NCBI GenBank assembly: GCA_043810925.1
Contig: JBDRNT010000015.1
Location: forward strand, 1-38,836
Direction: 5' to 3'
DNA: 38,836 nt
Origin: Candidatus Eiseniibacteriota bacterium
Lineage (GTDB): Bacteria > Arandabacterota > Arandabacteria > Arandabacterales > Arandabacteraceae
Both the position numbers and the translations under genes were made by a program. Below the pieces are notes generated by a model. The model saw only the letters and a program-made list of their open reading frames with translations, did no database searches and was not told the DNA's origin. Positions 29,685 through 38,836 of the stretch are shown piece after piece (position 1 is the first letter of the stretch; every line of letters starts with the position of its first letter).

Positions 29685-29734
29685 TTATCGGCGCGCGCCG
29701 CCGTGACTTTAGCTGATTGTGCGATTTTCGTCAA
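29685..29734 (-). promoter_or_regulatory. sigma28-type promoter overlapping a sigma70-like promoter, copy 2
   Basis: Same architecture 103 bp away: TTGACG-N17-TAAAGT and TAAA-N15-GCCGATAA, with diverged spacers. Confidence 0.75.
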
Positions 29735-29797
29735 GTAGAGACTATGCTTGCCGGCTTTGACAGGCGATTGCGGGTTATGGCAGTGTAGCCGGATCCG

Positions 29798-30538
29798 TCA
29801 AACCTGCTCTTCGAGTATGGCTTCGAGCCGCTGTCTGAGCTCCCCGAGTTCCTTTGACTTAAAGGAACTCTTGGTTTTCTTAAGGCCCTCGACGGTTTCC
29901 CTTAAGACCCCAATCAGGGTGTTCATCCTCGGACAGTCGAGCAGATGGCATACGTTCTGGTCATCCGTCAGTTTTGCAAGAGCCTCGGTGACATTCTTAA
30001 GACTGGTCAGGCTCAGGACAATGTTGTTGAGTGTCACGGTAACGAATGACTCGACAGGCACGAGACCGATACCGGCTGGGTTGTCCTTAAGCACCACTCT
30101 CATTCGCTCGAGCTTACCATGCCATTCCTGCAAGTGATTCTGAGTGCTCTCAAGCGCCTGGTAGACTCTGGCTCGCTCTACCGCCTCGTTCACATGAGAG
30201 ATCAGCTCGCTGAAATCGATGGGCTTGACCAGGTAGGCCACGACCGGAAGACCGATCGCCTCGATTGCCGATCCCATCGACGGATATCCCGTCACCAGGA
30301 TGACCTGAAGGCCGTGGCTTTTCTCCTTCACCTCTTTGACCAGCTCCAGTTCCGGATTCCCCGGCATCTTGATATCCGCAACAAGCAGGTCATACCGGTT
30401 CTCCCGAAGCTTCTGGGCGGCCGAAGGGCCGTCGGGTACACAATCACAGTAATAACCCTCCCTACGCAGGAGGTCGGCGGTCGAAGAGAGGAACACATCC
30501 TCGTCATCTGCAATAAGAATCCTCCCCAACTCCTCCAT
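29798..30538 (-). CDS. Response regulator (REC plus unrecognised helical C-terminal domain)
   Basis: ILIADDED, DLLVADIKMPG, LVTGYPS, YLVKP. ATG 30538 follows AGGAGG. Confidence 0.88.
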   Translation of the reverse strand: MEELGRILIADDEDVFLSSTADLLRREGYYCDCVPDGPSAAQKLRENRYDLLVADIKMPGNPELELVKEVKEKSHGLQVILVTGYPSMGSAIEAIGLPVVAYLVKPIDFSELISHVNEAVERARVYQALESTQNHLQEWHGKLERMRVVLKDNPAGIGLVPVESFVTVTLNNIVLSLTSLKNVTEALAKLTDDQNVCHLLDCPRMNTLIGVLRETVEGLKKTKSSFKSKELGELRQRLEAILEEQV

Positions 30539-30539
30539 T

Positions 30540-33500
30540 TCAGACCTCCTCTGTTTGCTTCCCGATCGGGAGGGAGACGGTGAAAGTGGTTCCCGTATCC
30601 GACGCGCTGTCGAAGGCGATACTCCCACCCATCATCTCAGCCATACCCCTGGACACCGATAGACCCAACCCCAGACCGTTGACTCCGGTCCTGTCCTTGG
30701 TGGTAAAGAACGGCTCGAATACGCGATCCGCGATCTCTTCGGGTATGCCCGGACCCTCGTCACGCACACGTATGACAGCAGTGTCTCCCTCCACCGCAGC
30801 GCTCACCTCGACCGCATTCCCCGGCTGTGATGCTTCTATTGCGTTTCGTATAAGATTATACATTATCTGGTCAACATATCCACCCGGCAATGTTGCCGTG
30901 ATCGGATCCTCCGGGGCGTCAAGACTCAGAGTCACCTCCGCCGCACGGCTGGTGCTCTCAAGTATCGCCACCACGTCGGTTATGGTCTTGGATATCGAGA
31001 CTTCCGTGTCACCGGCCCTCCCCGGTTTGTAGAAGTCAAACATTCTGCGCACTATACCCGCTATCCGGTCTATCTCGCCCTCAACCCGTCCGGCGTATGC
31101 ATAGTGCGGATGGTTCTTATCCATTATGTCCTTAAGCAAAAGAAATGAGTTCTTTATTCCGCCCAGGGGGTTGTTGATCTCGTGCGCTATCCGCGCGGCC
31201 ATCCTGCCCGTAGCCGCCAGTTTCTCGCTCTCCGCACGCTGGTGCTCGAGCTCATGGATACGCGCCGTGCGCTCCCTGACCATGTCTTCCAGGTCCTCGC
31301 TGTAACGGCGTATCTGCTCCTCGCCCCGCCGGAGAGCTTCCTCGGCGCGCTTTCGCTCGGTAATATCAACCAGAATGCCCAGAATCGATTCAATCTCCCC
31401 ACCGTTACTCCGAAGAGGTCTGACCGAGAGATCAACCCAGATAAGAGCGCCGTCCTTCCTGAGGTAACGCTTCTCCACACGATAGCCATCCAGCTTGCCT
31501 TCAATGAGCATTTTGAGATTGGCCCGGCTCATTTCCAGATCGTCGGGATGTGTGTGCTCCATAACAGCGTTACCGACAAGTTCGCCGGGTTCGTACCCGA
31601 GCATGGTGTGAGACCTGTCATTGGCAAGTATGAGTCTGCCGTCGCGACCCACGAGCACCATCCCGTGTGATGCATTGTCGAAGACCCCTCTGAAGCGCGC
31701 CTCTCTCTCCTGCAGGGCTTTCTCAGCCGTCCTTCTCTCCGTGAGATCTCTGATGACCAGTATGGCGCTGCCGGTAACCCCACTTTCGTCTGAAACCGGA
31801 CCCATGTTGGCGGAATACCAGATCTTCCTGCCCTTCGGGTCCACTGCCGAGTAGTCGACAATCTGTGGCTTTCCCGTATCAAACGCCACTTCAAGCGCTT
31901 CCTCAAACCTCAGGTGGTATTCCGCCGGGATCCAGGCGAAAACCGAAGTACCGATTATGTCATCCATCGATACTCCATCGTAAAGGCGGTTGGTGAAGAG
32001 GATTCGGCCCTCCCGGTCGAGCTGGACTATATAGTCGGGGGCATGCTCGGTGAGGGACCTGAACCGGTTCTCACTCACCCCCAAAGCCGTCTCCGCCCGG
32101 AGTCGTGTGATCGCATTACCTATCGCGGTCGCGACAGTCTCAAGCGACTCGCGCGACCAGCCGGGAACCTGTTCAACGGTGTGCGAGGCAACGTTGATGC
32201 AACCGATGACCCTGCCTTCACGCGTTATTGGCAGCACGGCGATGGCACGCAGTCCCGCGGCGGCCTGGGCACGGCCGAGCGGCACCCCGAGTCTAGCATG
32301 TTCGGTGTACACCGGCTTCCCCGCCATCACCAACTTGAAGTTCGCGGCACCGGGTTTAAAGTGAGACACCGCCTGGATGAATTCAGGTGAAAGTCCCTGG
32401 TGGAAGGCCAGCTCCAGCGCGCCTGAGGCCTGATCAACCAGGTAGATCCCGCCACAATCCATATCCGATACCTTAAGCGCAGCATCGAGACATAGTCTGA
32501 GACCCTCCCTGAGGTCGGATATGGTGCTCAAGGCCAGGCCGAGATCCCGAAGAACCGTGCTCAGAATTCCGAGCCGTTTGCGCTCGGTGATATCGCGCGT
32601 GATTGCTTGAATGGCGTAGGTCTCATCATCCTTCTTAAGAGGTGATGCAAAAATCTCAATCCAGCGCATCTCACCATCCTTCCGGACGATCGTCCCCTCC
32701 ACCGGGCCCAGTTTCTCACCACTTTTAAGACGCGCCAGCATAACACCGTCTTCTGCGAAGTCGTCTTCGAGCACCACTCCGAGTTCCCCGAACGTCTTCC
32801 CGATCAAGTCGCTACTGGGTAACCCCGAGATTTCTTCCGTTGCCTTGTTCCTGGCCAATATCGTCCCATCGAGACCGAGGATAGTGATGGATTCCGGAGA
32901 CGACCCAAACAGGGCCCTCAGTCTGTCCTCGCTCTCACGGAGAGCCTCCTGCGTCCGTATGGATTCGGTCATGTCCTTGCCGATAAGAAGCACCTCGGCC
33001 GGCTCTCCATTCTCATCACACATCACGGTGGCACTGCCCATGAGATTGAGCAAGTTCCCATCCTTCGTAACAACATTCATCATCCGGCCGCTTATCGAGC
33101 CGTGCCGCATCACATCCTTGTGAAAGACTTCCCACGCGTCAGGGACATGGTCCGGTACGAGAATGTGAGCGAAGTCCTTGCCTATCAGCTCGTGAGCTGT
33201 ATAGCCGGTGGCCTCGACATATGCCTGGTTGGCCATCTTCAGTTTCCCTTTGAGGTCAACGACTACAATCAAATCCGCGGAACACTCCAGCGCCCTCGCC
33301 AGCTTCGCCTGCTCTGCTGCGGCCCGCTCCTCTGCCCGCTTGCGGGCACTGACATCACGCATGATGCAGTGGGTGTGCCTGAACCTGCCGTTTTCATCAT
33401 AGGCCAGCCTGCCATCAAAGCTGACACTCAAGTGGGAGCCGTCCTTGCACCTCACTTCGAATTCAACGTCGTGGACGGTTCCCTCGCGTTTGAATTGCTC

Positions 33501-33794
33501 GAACCTCTTCTTGAAGTGCCTCTGATCCTCCGGTCCCAGGAGATCGCCAAACCACTTGCCGATCACGTCCCCGCGGGCGTAACCCAGCACATCCATCCAT
33601 GCGTGGTTCACCTTGAGAATGCGACCCTGGCTATCCAACGAGTGGTACGCAAGGGGAGCCTCATCAAAGAGCAGCCACGTCTCTTCCTCGCTCTCAACCA
33701 ACGCCTTCGTGGTTCCCTTGAGGCCCTCGACCATTCTTTCAAGCTCGCTGATCCGGTCCCGTAACCGAGCCGGTTCATCTTTCGGTCGCTCCAT
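30540..33794 (-). CDS. Cytoplasmic multi-PAS/GAF sensor histidine kinase
   Basis: About five PAS/PAC repeats and one GAF; IAHEINNPL, NLIRNAIEA, DEGPGI, FEPFFTTK, GLGLGL. Start 33794 inferred. Confidence 0.92.
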   Translation of the reverse strand: MERPKDEPARLRDRISELERMVEGLKGTTKALVESEEETWLLFDEAPLAYHSLDSQGRILKVNHAWMDVLGYARGDVIGKWFGDLLGPEDQRHFKKRFEQFKREGTVHDVEFEVRCKDGSHLSVSFDGRLAYDENGRFRHTHCIMRDVSARKRAEERAAAEQAKLARALECSADLIVVVDLKGKLKMANQAYVEATGYTAHELIGKDFAHILVPDHVPDAWEVFHKDVMRHGSISGRMMNVVTKDGNLLNLMGSATVMCDENGEPAEVLLIGKDMTESIRTQEALRESEDRLRALFGSSPESITILGLDGTILARNKATEEISGLPSSDLIGKTFGELGVVLEDDFAEDGVMLARLKSGEKLGPVEGTIVRKDGEMRWIEIFASPLKKDDETYAIQAITRDITERKRLGILSTVLRDLGLALSTISDLREGLRLCLDAALKVSDMDCGGIYLVDQASGALELAFHQGLSPEFIQAVSHFKPGAANFKLVMAGKPVYTEHARLGVPLGRAQAAAGLRAIAVLPITREGRVIGCINVASHTVEQVPGWSRESLETVATAIGNAITRLRAETALGVSENRFRSLTEHAPDYIVQLDREGRILFTNRLYDGVSMDDIIGTSVFAWIPAEYHLRFEEALEVAFDTGKPQIVDYSAVDPKGRKIWYSANMGPVSDESGVTGSAILVIRDLTERRTAEKALQEREARFRGVFDNASHGMVLVGRDGRLILANDRSHTMLGYEPGELVGNAVMEHTHPDDLEMSRANLKMLIEGKLDGYRVEKRYLRKDGALIWVDLSVRPLRSNGGEIESILGILVDITERKRAEEALRRGEEQIRRYSEDLEDMVRERTARIHELEHQRAESEKLAATGRMAARIAHEINNPLGGIKNSFLLLKDIMDKNHPHYAYAGRVEGEIDRIAGIVRRMFDFYKPGRAGDTEVSISKTITDVVAILESTSRAAEVTLSLDAPEDPITATLPGGYVDQIMYNLIRNAIEASQPGNAVEVSAAVEGDTAVIRVRDEGPGIPEEIADRVFEPFFTTKDRTGVNGLGLGLSVSRGMAEMMGGSIAFDSASDTGTTFTVSLPIGKQTEEV

Positions 33795-33907
33795 AGGTTT
33801 CACTTCCTGTGCCGGAGGTAACCAAGCAAGTAACACAGACATCCTTGTTCTGTGCCGCAAAGTGGCTTGTCAGGGAGAGAATAGCAGCATCCGCAGCATT
33901 GTCAAGC

Positions 33908-36151
33908 TCACATCATGACCTGCGGATCCACATCTATTGCGAATCGGGCCCCTTCATCAAGGGCTTTCGATCTGAGCTCACTCAGACAGGATCTTGCGAA
34001 CTGCGAGAGTCTGCTGGTCCTTTCACCTTTGAGGATGAGGTGCCATCTGTAGACATTCCTGATTCTGGATATGGGAGCTCTCGACGGGCCGATGACATCC
34101 AACGTTCCCTTCAGGTTCCCGCTGTGATGCATCGCCAGACCCGCAAACTGCTTCGCCGCCCCGCGCGCGGAGGCCTCCTGTCTGGCCTCCACCACGACCC
34201 GTACAAGGCCGGCAAACGGCGGATAGCGAAGCTCTTCCCTGAAAATGATCTCCTCCCCATAGAACCCTTTGAAATCATGGTTGGCCACATGGGACAGAGA
34301 ATGATGGTCAGGGTTAAAGGTCTGTACTATGACCTTGCCGGGGATATCCCCGCGTCCGGCCCTGCCTGCAACCTGGGTGAGAATCTGAAACGTACGTTCT
34401 CCCGATCTGAAGTCCGGCAGGTTCATGGAAACGTCGGCGCATACCACAACGACCAGACCCACGCGCCTGAAGTCATGCCCCTTGGCAACCATCTGGGTTC
34501 CAACAAGAAATCTGACAAGCCCGCTTGAGAAATCCGTAAGGAGGTCTTCGGCGGAACCTTTCTTCCGTGTGGCATCCCTGTCAAACCGGGCACAGGAGGT
34601 GCCGGGGAATCTCTCTGCAATGTAATCTTCGATCTTCTGCGTACCCGACCCCACATACTCGACATGTGTTCCGCCGCACCCGGGGCACTGGTCCCAGCCT
34701 CGCTCCGTATATCCACAGTAGTGACACTTGAGTTGCTTTCCCCCGAGATGATAGGTCAGCGACACATGACAGTTTCTGCATCTGGGCACAAGTCCGCAGT
34801 CGCGGCACTGAACGTAGTTGGAGAAACCCCTCCGGTTCAGAAACAGGAGAACCTGTTCGCTGCGTTCAATTGAATCCGCTATCGCCGCCTCGGCTTCCTT
34901 TGAAATCGGAGCCGGATCTTCGCACAGACGCATGTCCACGACGCTTACCTCAGGCAACTCTCCCCCGGATATTCGCTCGGGCAACTCAAAAAAGCCGTAC
35001 TTCCCGCTGAGTGCATTGTGATAAGTCTCCAGGGCCGGGGTCGCACTGCCCAGGATCACGACCGCACCGGCCCTCCGTGCGCGGACCATCGCAACATCGC
35101 GGGCATTGTAGCGCGGAGAGTCCTGCTGCTTGTAGGAGGTATCGTGCTCCTCATCAACTACGATCACACCAAGATCCTGAAAAGGCGCGAAAACCGCCGA
35201 CCTTGCGCCTACGACCACGTCTATGCTGCCGGCCATTATGCTGCGCCAGGTGGCGAAACGCTGTGCGTTTGAAAGCCCGCTGTGAAGAAGGGCCGATCTC
35301 TCGCCGAAACGCGCTCTCACTCGTTCCATGATCTGGGGCGTCAGTGCTATTTCAGGCACAAGGTAGATCGCCTTTCTTCCACTCTTCAGAGCCTGATCGA
35401 TACACCGCAGGTAAACCTCGGTCTTGCCGCTCCCGGTGACCCCCAGCAGGAGGAAGTTCCTGGATTGCTTCGCATCGATAGCAGATCGTATTCCATCGAA
35501 CGCAGCCTGCTGGTCGGGCGTGAGCTCGAACCTGTCATCCGAAGCGTCCCGGCCGGCGTAAGTGCCGATGTCATCGGCAGACTGCCTGGGTATCCTTCGC
35601 TTCCGTGCCACCACCTCATGGACGACCTGACCGTCCTTCTCCAGGGCCTCGAGGTGCTCGGCAACGTGACCCGATCCGACCCTGCGCTTGATGGTATCTA
35701 TGCCCAGCGGCTTACCGTCCTTTAAAATCTCTATGATCTCGGCCCGCTCGGGGTGTGTGGCCTTCATGATCTCCAGCTCGAGATCGCCCGGGTATCCACT
35801 TATCCGGTAAACGCGTTTGAGTTTGGGTTGTGGCGGCGACATGACGGCTGCGACCTCGCCGACCGGCGCAACATAGTAGTCGGATATCCATGCGGCAAGT
35901 TCCATGAGCTCCTGATTGAGCACGGGGGAATCATCCGTAATCTGCCTGATCGCCTTCAGCCCCCGCCGCGTGCCGGCGTCGCGGTAGAGTCGCCACACCA
36001 TGCCGGTCACGACCTTGCGCCGTACCGGAATCGTCACCCGCATGCCGACCTGGATCGTGTCCTTAAACTCCTCGGGAACGAGGTAGGTTAGCGTTGTGTC
36101 TATTGGCAGGGGAACCGCGACCTCAGCCTTCAATACCTCTTTCAAGTGCAC
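33908..36151 (-). CDS. priA: Primosomal protein N' (PriA helicase)
   Basis: GVTGSGKTEVY, VPEIALTPQ, GARSAVFAP, DEEHD.SYKQ, LNRRGF, four CxxC zinc motifs, GTQMVAKGHDF, QVAGRAGR. GTG start at 36151 follows GGAG. Confidence 0.96.
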   Translation of the reverse strand: MHLKEVLKAEVAVPLPIDTTLTYLVPEEFKDTIQVGMRVTIPVRRKVVTGMVWRLYRDAGTRRGLKAIRQITDDSPVLNQELMELAAWISDYYVAPVGEVAAVMSPPQPKLKRVYRISGYPGDLELEIMKATHPERAEIIEILKDGKPLGIDTIKRRVGSGHVAEHLEALEKDGQVVHEVVARKRRIPRQSADDIGTYAGRDASDDRFELTPDQQAAFDGIRSAIDAKQSRNFLLLGVTGSGKTEVYLRCIDQALKSGRKAIYLVPEIALTPQIMERVRARFGERSALLHSGLSNAQRFATWRSIMAGSIDVVVGARSAVFAPFQDLGVIVVDEEHDTSYKQQDSPRYNARDVAMVRARRAGAVVILGSATPALETYHNALSGKYGFFELPERISGGELPEVSVVDMRLCEDPAPISKEAEAAIADSIERSEQVLLFLNRRGFSNYVQCRDCGLVPRCRNCHVSLTYHLGGKQLKCHYCGYTERGWDQCPGCGGTHVEYVGSGTQKIEDYIAERFPGTSCARFDRDATRKKGSAEDLLTDFSSGLVRFLVGTQMVAKGHDFRRVGLVVVVCADVSMNLPDFRSGERTFQILTQVAGRAGRGDIPGKVIVQTFNPDHHSLSHVANHDFKGFYGEEIIFREELRYPPFAGLVRVVVEARQEASARGAAKQFAGLAMHHSGNLKGTLDVIGPSRAPISRIRNVYRWHLILKGERTSRLSQFARSCLSELRSKALDEGARFAIDVDPQVMM

Positions 36152-36191
36152 AGATCTCCGGAAGTTTACGGAAAACCGAAAAACCGCCGCT

Positions 36192-36220
36192 ATTATAACC
36201 AAATGGGGTCAGGCTTGCAA
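36192..36220 (-). promoter_or_regulatory. sigma70-type promoter of priA, overlapping a REP-like arm
   Basis: Minus strand TTGCAA-N17-TATAAT; the spacer contains ctgacccca. Confidence 0.55.
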
Positions 36221-36318
36221 TCCTGCTATTCAGACCGCTGGTGCGTCTTTCGCTCCGCAAGCGAATGCCTTTCCTGAGCAAGGCGGACCAAGAGATGTGT
36301 CGGCGTTCGGAAGAGTGT

Positions 36319-37470
36319 TCAGATGTCGAGGACGGGGACGGGTGTTTCCTGGTATACCGCGGCCAGGACCGGTCCCATTGCCAGAAACTCTCTGGCCACA
36401 ACCGGATCGAATTCCCGGCCGATGCTCTCCCTGACCATCAGGAGCGCCTGCTCGGACGAGTAGGCCCGGCGATAGGGTCTGTCGGAGGTCAGTGCGTCGA
36501 AGAAGTCAACCACAGCCGATATCCGGGCAAGAAAGGGTATCTCCTCATCCCTCAGGCCATCCGGGTAACCGGTCCCGTCGAAACGCTCGTGATGGCCTCT
36601 CACTATGGGTCGGGCGCCCTGAAGGAAGTCCACGCGCTCTATGATGCGCTCGCCGATCACCGGATGCTTCTTGATCACCTCGTACTCGGCTTCAGTCAAG
36701 CGACCGTTCTTGTTGAGGATTTTACCGCTGATTCCTATCTTACCGATGTCATGCAGTGTTGCACCGTACTGGAGATTTCGTATGTCTGTCTCCGATACTC
36801 CGAAGCGCTCTGCCAGTGTTATTGCGAATTGCGTTACCCGCTTCGAATGTCCTCTCGTATACGGGTCCTTTGCCTCGATGGCGGCGGTCAGCGCCTCAAC
36901 AGTGGAGAAGTAATTCTTCTCGATGCGGCTCACGAGCTGCGTGTTCTCCACCGCGGTGGCGGTCACACTTGCAACAATCGAAACGATTGCCAGCACATCG
37001 GACGAAACATCGGCGAACTCCTTCAGGTATATCGTCAGTATCCCGGTCTGGCGGGTGCCTGATGTGAGCGGGAGCGCTATCAGGGACTGGAACTTCTCCT
37101 CGGCCACGTAGGACGGGAATGAGAACTGGGTGTTTTCACCGATGTCATGAAGAATACTTGGCTTGTTCGAAAGCATGGCTTCCGAAGCGAAACTCCCGGA
37201 GGCCATGATCCTGCTGCCGTAGATGATCTCCTGCTTGAACGTTTCGCCTCGCTTGAGCAACAGGAGCTCCTCTGTGAGGTTATTGAGTTTGAGCGACACG
37301 GCGTCGACCCGAATAAACGGGCCGAGTGCTTCTGCGAGTTTCATAAGCGGGGCACTGAGGTCAAGACTGGTGAGTATGTCCCTGGTGCTCGTCAGAAGAC
37401 TCGCCGCACTCGAAGTATCATAATGGAAGACGCTCTTGTGGCCTGACCTGGAGTTGTCTTTCTCCTGCAT
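36319..37470 (-). CDS. GAF + HD-GYP cyclic-di-GMP phosphodiesterase
   Basis: EAKDPYTRGHSKRV, LHDIGK, KHP.IG, HHERFDGTGYP, D.FDALTSDRPYR. Confidence 0.92.
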   Translation of the reverse strand: MQEKDNSRSGHKSVFHYDTSSAASLLTSTRDILTSLDLSAPLMKLAEALGPFIRVDAVSLKLNNLTEELLLLKRGETFKQEIIYGSRIMASGSFASEAMLSNKPSILHDIGENTQFSFPSYVAEEKFQSLIALPLTSGTRQTGILTIYLKEFADVSSDVLAIVSIVASVTATAVENTQLVSRIEKNYFSTVEALTAAIEAKDPYTRGHSKRVTQFAITLAERFGVSETDIRNLQYGATLHDIGKIGISGKILNKNGRLTEAEYEVIKKHPVIGERIIERVDFLQGARPIVRGHHERFDGTGYPDGLRDEEIPFLARISAVVDFFDALTSDRPYRRAYSSEQALLMVRESIGREFDPVVAREFLAMGPVLAAVYQETPVPVLDI

Positions 37471-37479
37471 GGGAGGGCC

Positions 37480-37851
37480 TTACCTCTTCATCATTCCTTC
37501 GACCCTCTCGATCAGCCTTCCGGGGCTGAAGGGCTTGACCACGTAGTCATCGGCCCCGGCTTCCGTACCCAGCTTCCTGTCGACATCCCTTCCCTTGGCG
37601 GTGAGGAGAATAACGGGAATGTCCTTGGTCTTGGGATCCGCTTTCAACTTTCTGCAAGCCTCATATCCGTCCATCTTGGGCATCATTATGTCCAGGACGA
37701 TTATGTCCGGCTTCTCGTTCCGCGCTTTCGCAATGGCCTCTTCGCCGTCGGCCGCCGTAACAACCTCGTAGCCCTCGGCACCGAAACTGAAATTGAGAAT
37801 ATGCTGTATGTACTCCTCGTCATCAACTACGAGTACCTTGCCGCGCGACAT
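37480..37851 (-). CDS. Single-domain response regulator (CheY-like receiver)
   Basis: VLVVDDE, LDIMMPKMDG, LLTAK, YVVKPF; 123 aa. Confidence 0.92.
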   Translation of the reverse strand: MSRGKVLVVDDEEYIQHILNFSFGAEGYEVVTAADGEEAIAKARNEKPDIIVLDIMMPKMDGYEACRKLKADPKTKDIPVILLTAKGRDVDRKLGTEAGADDYVVKPFSPGRLIERVEGMMKR

Positions 37852-37870
37852 AAGCTCACCTCCTGATGTC

Positions 37871-38836
37871 TTAATCCGCCACTGAAAGGGCTTCCTGTGT
37901 GCGCTCCTTCAGTATCTCCGTAAGGCTCTCGACGACCCTTGGGTCGAACTGAGTGCCGCTGCAATGCCTTAACTCTTCCAGAGCTCCGTGCACCGACATC
38001 GCAGACCTGTAAGGACGATCACTTGTCATCGAACTATAAGCGTCCACTACTGCGAGTATCCGTGCGCCGATGGGGATCGATTCTCCGGACAGACCTCCGG
38101 GATAACCTTCGCCGTCATAGCGCTCGTGATGGTGGAGGATCACCTCCTTGACCTGATCCAAGAACTCGATCGGCCCGACTATGTCGACTCCTTCTTCAGG
38201 ATGCTTCTTAACACTCTCATACTCACCTGCTCCCAGCCCGCCGGGCTTCCTGAGGATCACCTCGCCCACCTTCACCATCCCGACGTCATAGATCCGGGAC
38301 ACATACTGAAGCAACCGCACTTCCTCATCACGAAGCCCCATCGAATGGCCCAACTCAACCACCAGCGCGGTCAACTCCTCACCTCTCTTGGTGTGAGGGA
38401 GCCTCCTCGCCTCGATGAGGCACTGGAGCGAATTGGCGATCGAGCCGAACTCACTTCTGATCCCCTCGTAATCTCTTACCTTGTCGAGTACCGCCGTCAC
38501 CCGGTCGGCGAGGATCTGCAGAATCTCCGCGTCATCATCGCCAAACGGCATCAGGTCGATCCTGTTGGTGACATTGATCACCCCGATCACCTTGTCTCCA
38601 TCCTTAAGCGGAACGCTGATGACCGACCTGGTCTCATACTGGGGCCGGTCCTTGCGCTCGAACCGCTCGTCAACGTCGATATCATGAATCAGTACGGGGG
38701 TACCGGTCTTTGCCACCCAGCCCGCGATACCCTCCCCCTTCTTGACGCGGGCGTCCTTCATTATTCTTTCATCGAGCCCCATCGCGGCACTGACATAGAG
38801 ATCATCGCTCTCGCCGTCGACAAGCATCAACGAGGC
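37871..38836 (-). CDS. GAF + degenerate HD-GYP protein (N-terminus beyond the window)
   Basis: GAF (GEGIAGWVA..G.P; SVPL..GVINV) followed by an HD-GYP fold with YDVGM, HHERYDGEGYP and DRPYR. Confidence 0.85.
   Translation of the reverse strand, partial: ASLMLVDGESDDLYVSAAMGLDERIMKDARVKKGEGIAGWVAKTGTPVLIHDIDVDERFERKDRPQYETRSVISVPLKDGDKVIGVINVTNRIDLMPFGDDDAEILQILADRVTAVLDKVRDYEGIRSEFGSIANSLQCLIEARRLPHTKRGEELTALVVELGHSMGLRDEEVRLLQYVSRIYDVGMVKVGEVILRKPGGLGAGEYESVKKHPEEGVDIVGPIEFLDQVKEVILHHHERYDGEGYPGGLSGESIPIGARILAVVDAYSSMTSDRPYRSAMSVHGALEELRHCSGTQFDPRVVESLTEILKERTQEALSVAD

Overview
A GC-rich bacterial chromosomal segment, almost all on the minus strand. A lamin-tail/FlgD-Ig protein with PorV-like and HhH beta-barrels suggests an FCB-group or candidate-phylum organism (inference only). 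Housekeeping genes include rho, rpmE, DUF1385, prfA, prmC, murA, selB, ltaE, a RecJ-like gene, rsmI and priA. Accessory content includes a REP-associated tyrosine transposase (RAYT) with GGGGTCAG repeats scattered through the window, an RlmN-like radical SAM/flavoprotein pair, an AmmeMemoRadiSam enzyme, two convergent PAS/GAF histidine kinases and a GAF/HD-GYP cluster. The strongest unexplained signal is the ~850-bp gap between the two kinase units (28943-29797). It holds two duplicated, consensus-perfect sigma28-type promoters, each overlapping a sigma70-like promoter. They point into a ~310-nt multibranched structure with twin hairpins whose near-identical loops are, on the minus strand, complementary to Shine-Dalgarno/start regions nearby, including that of the adjacent kinase. 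This is a candidate new regulatory RNA. Two single-base frame anomalies (rsmI-glutaredoxin fusion, split kinase receiver) may be sequencing errors. All family calls come from motif recognition by eye; no searches were run.
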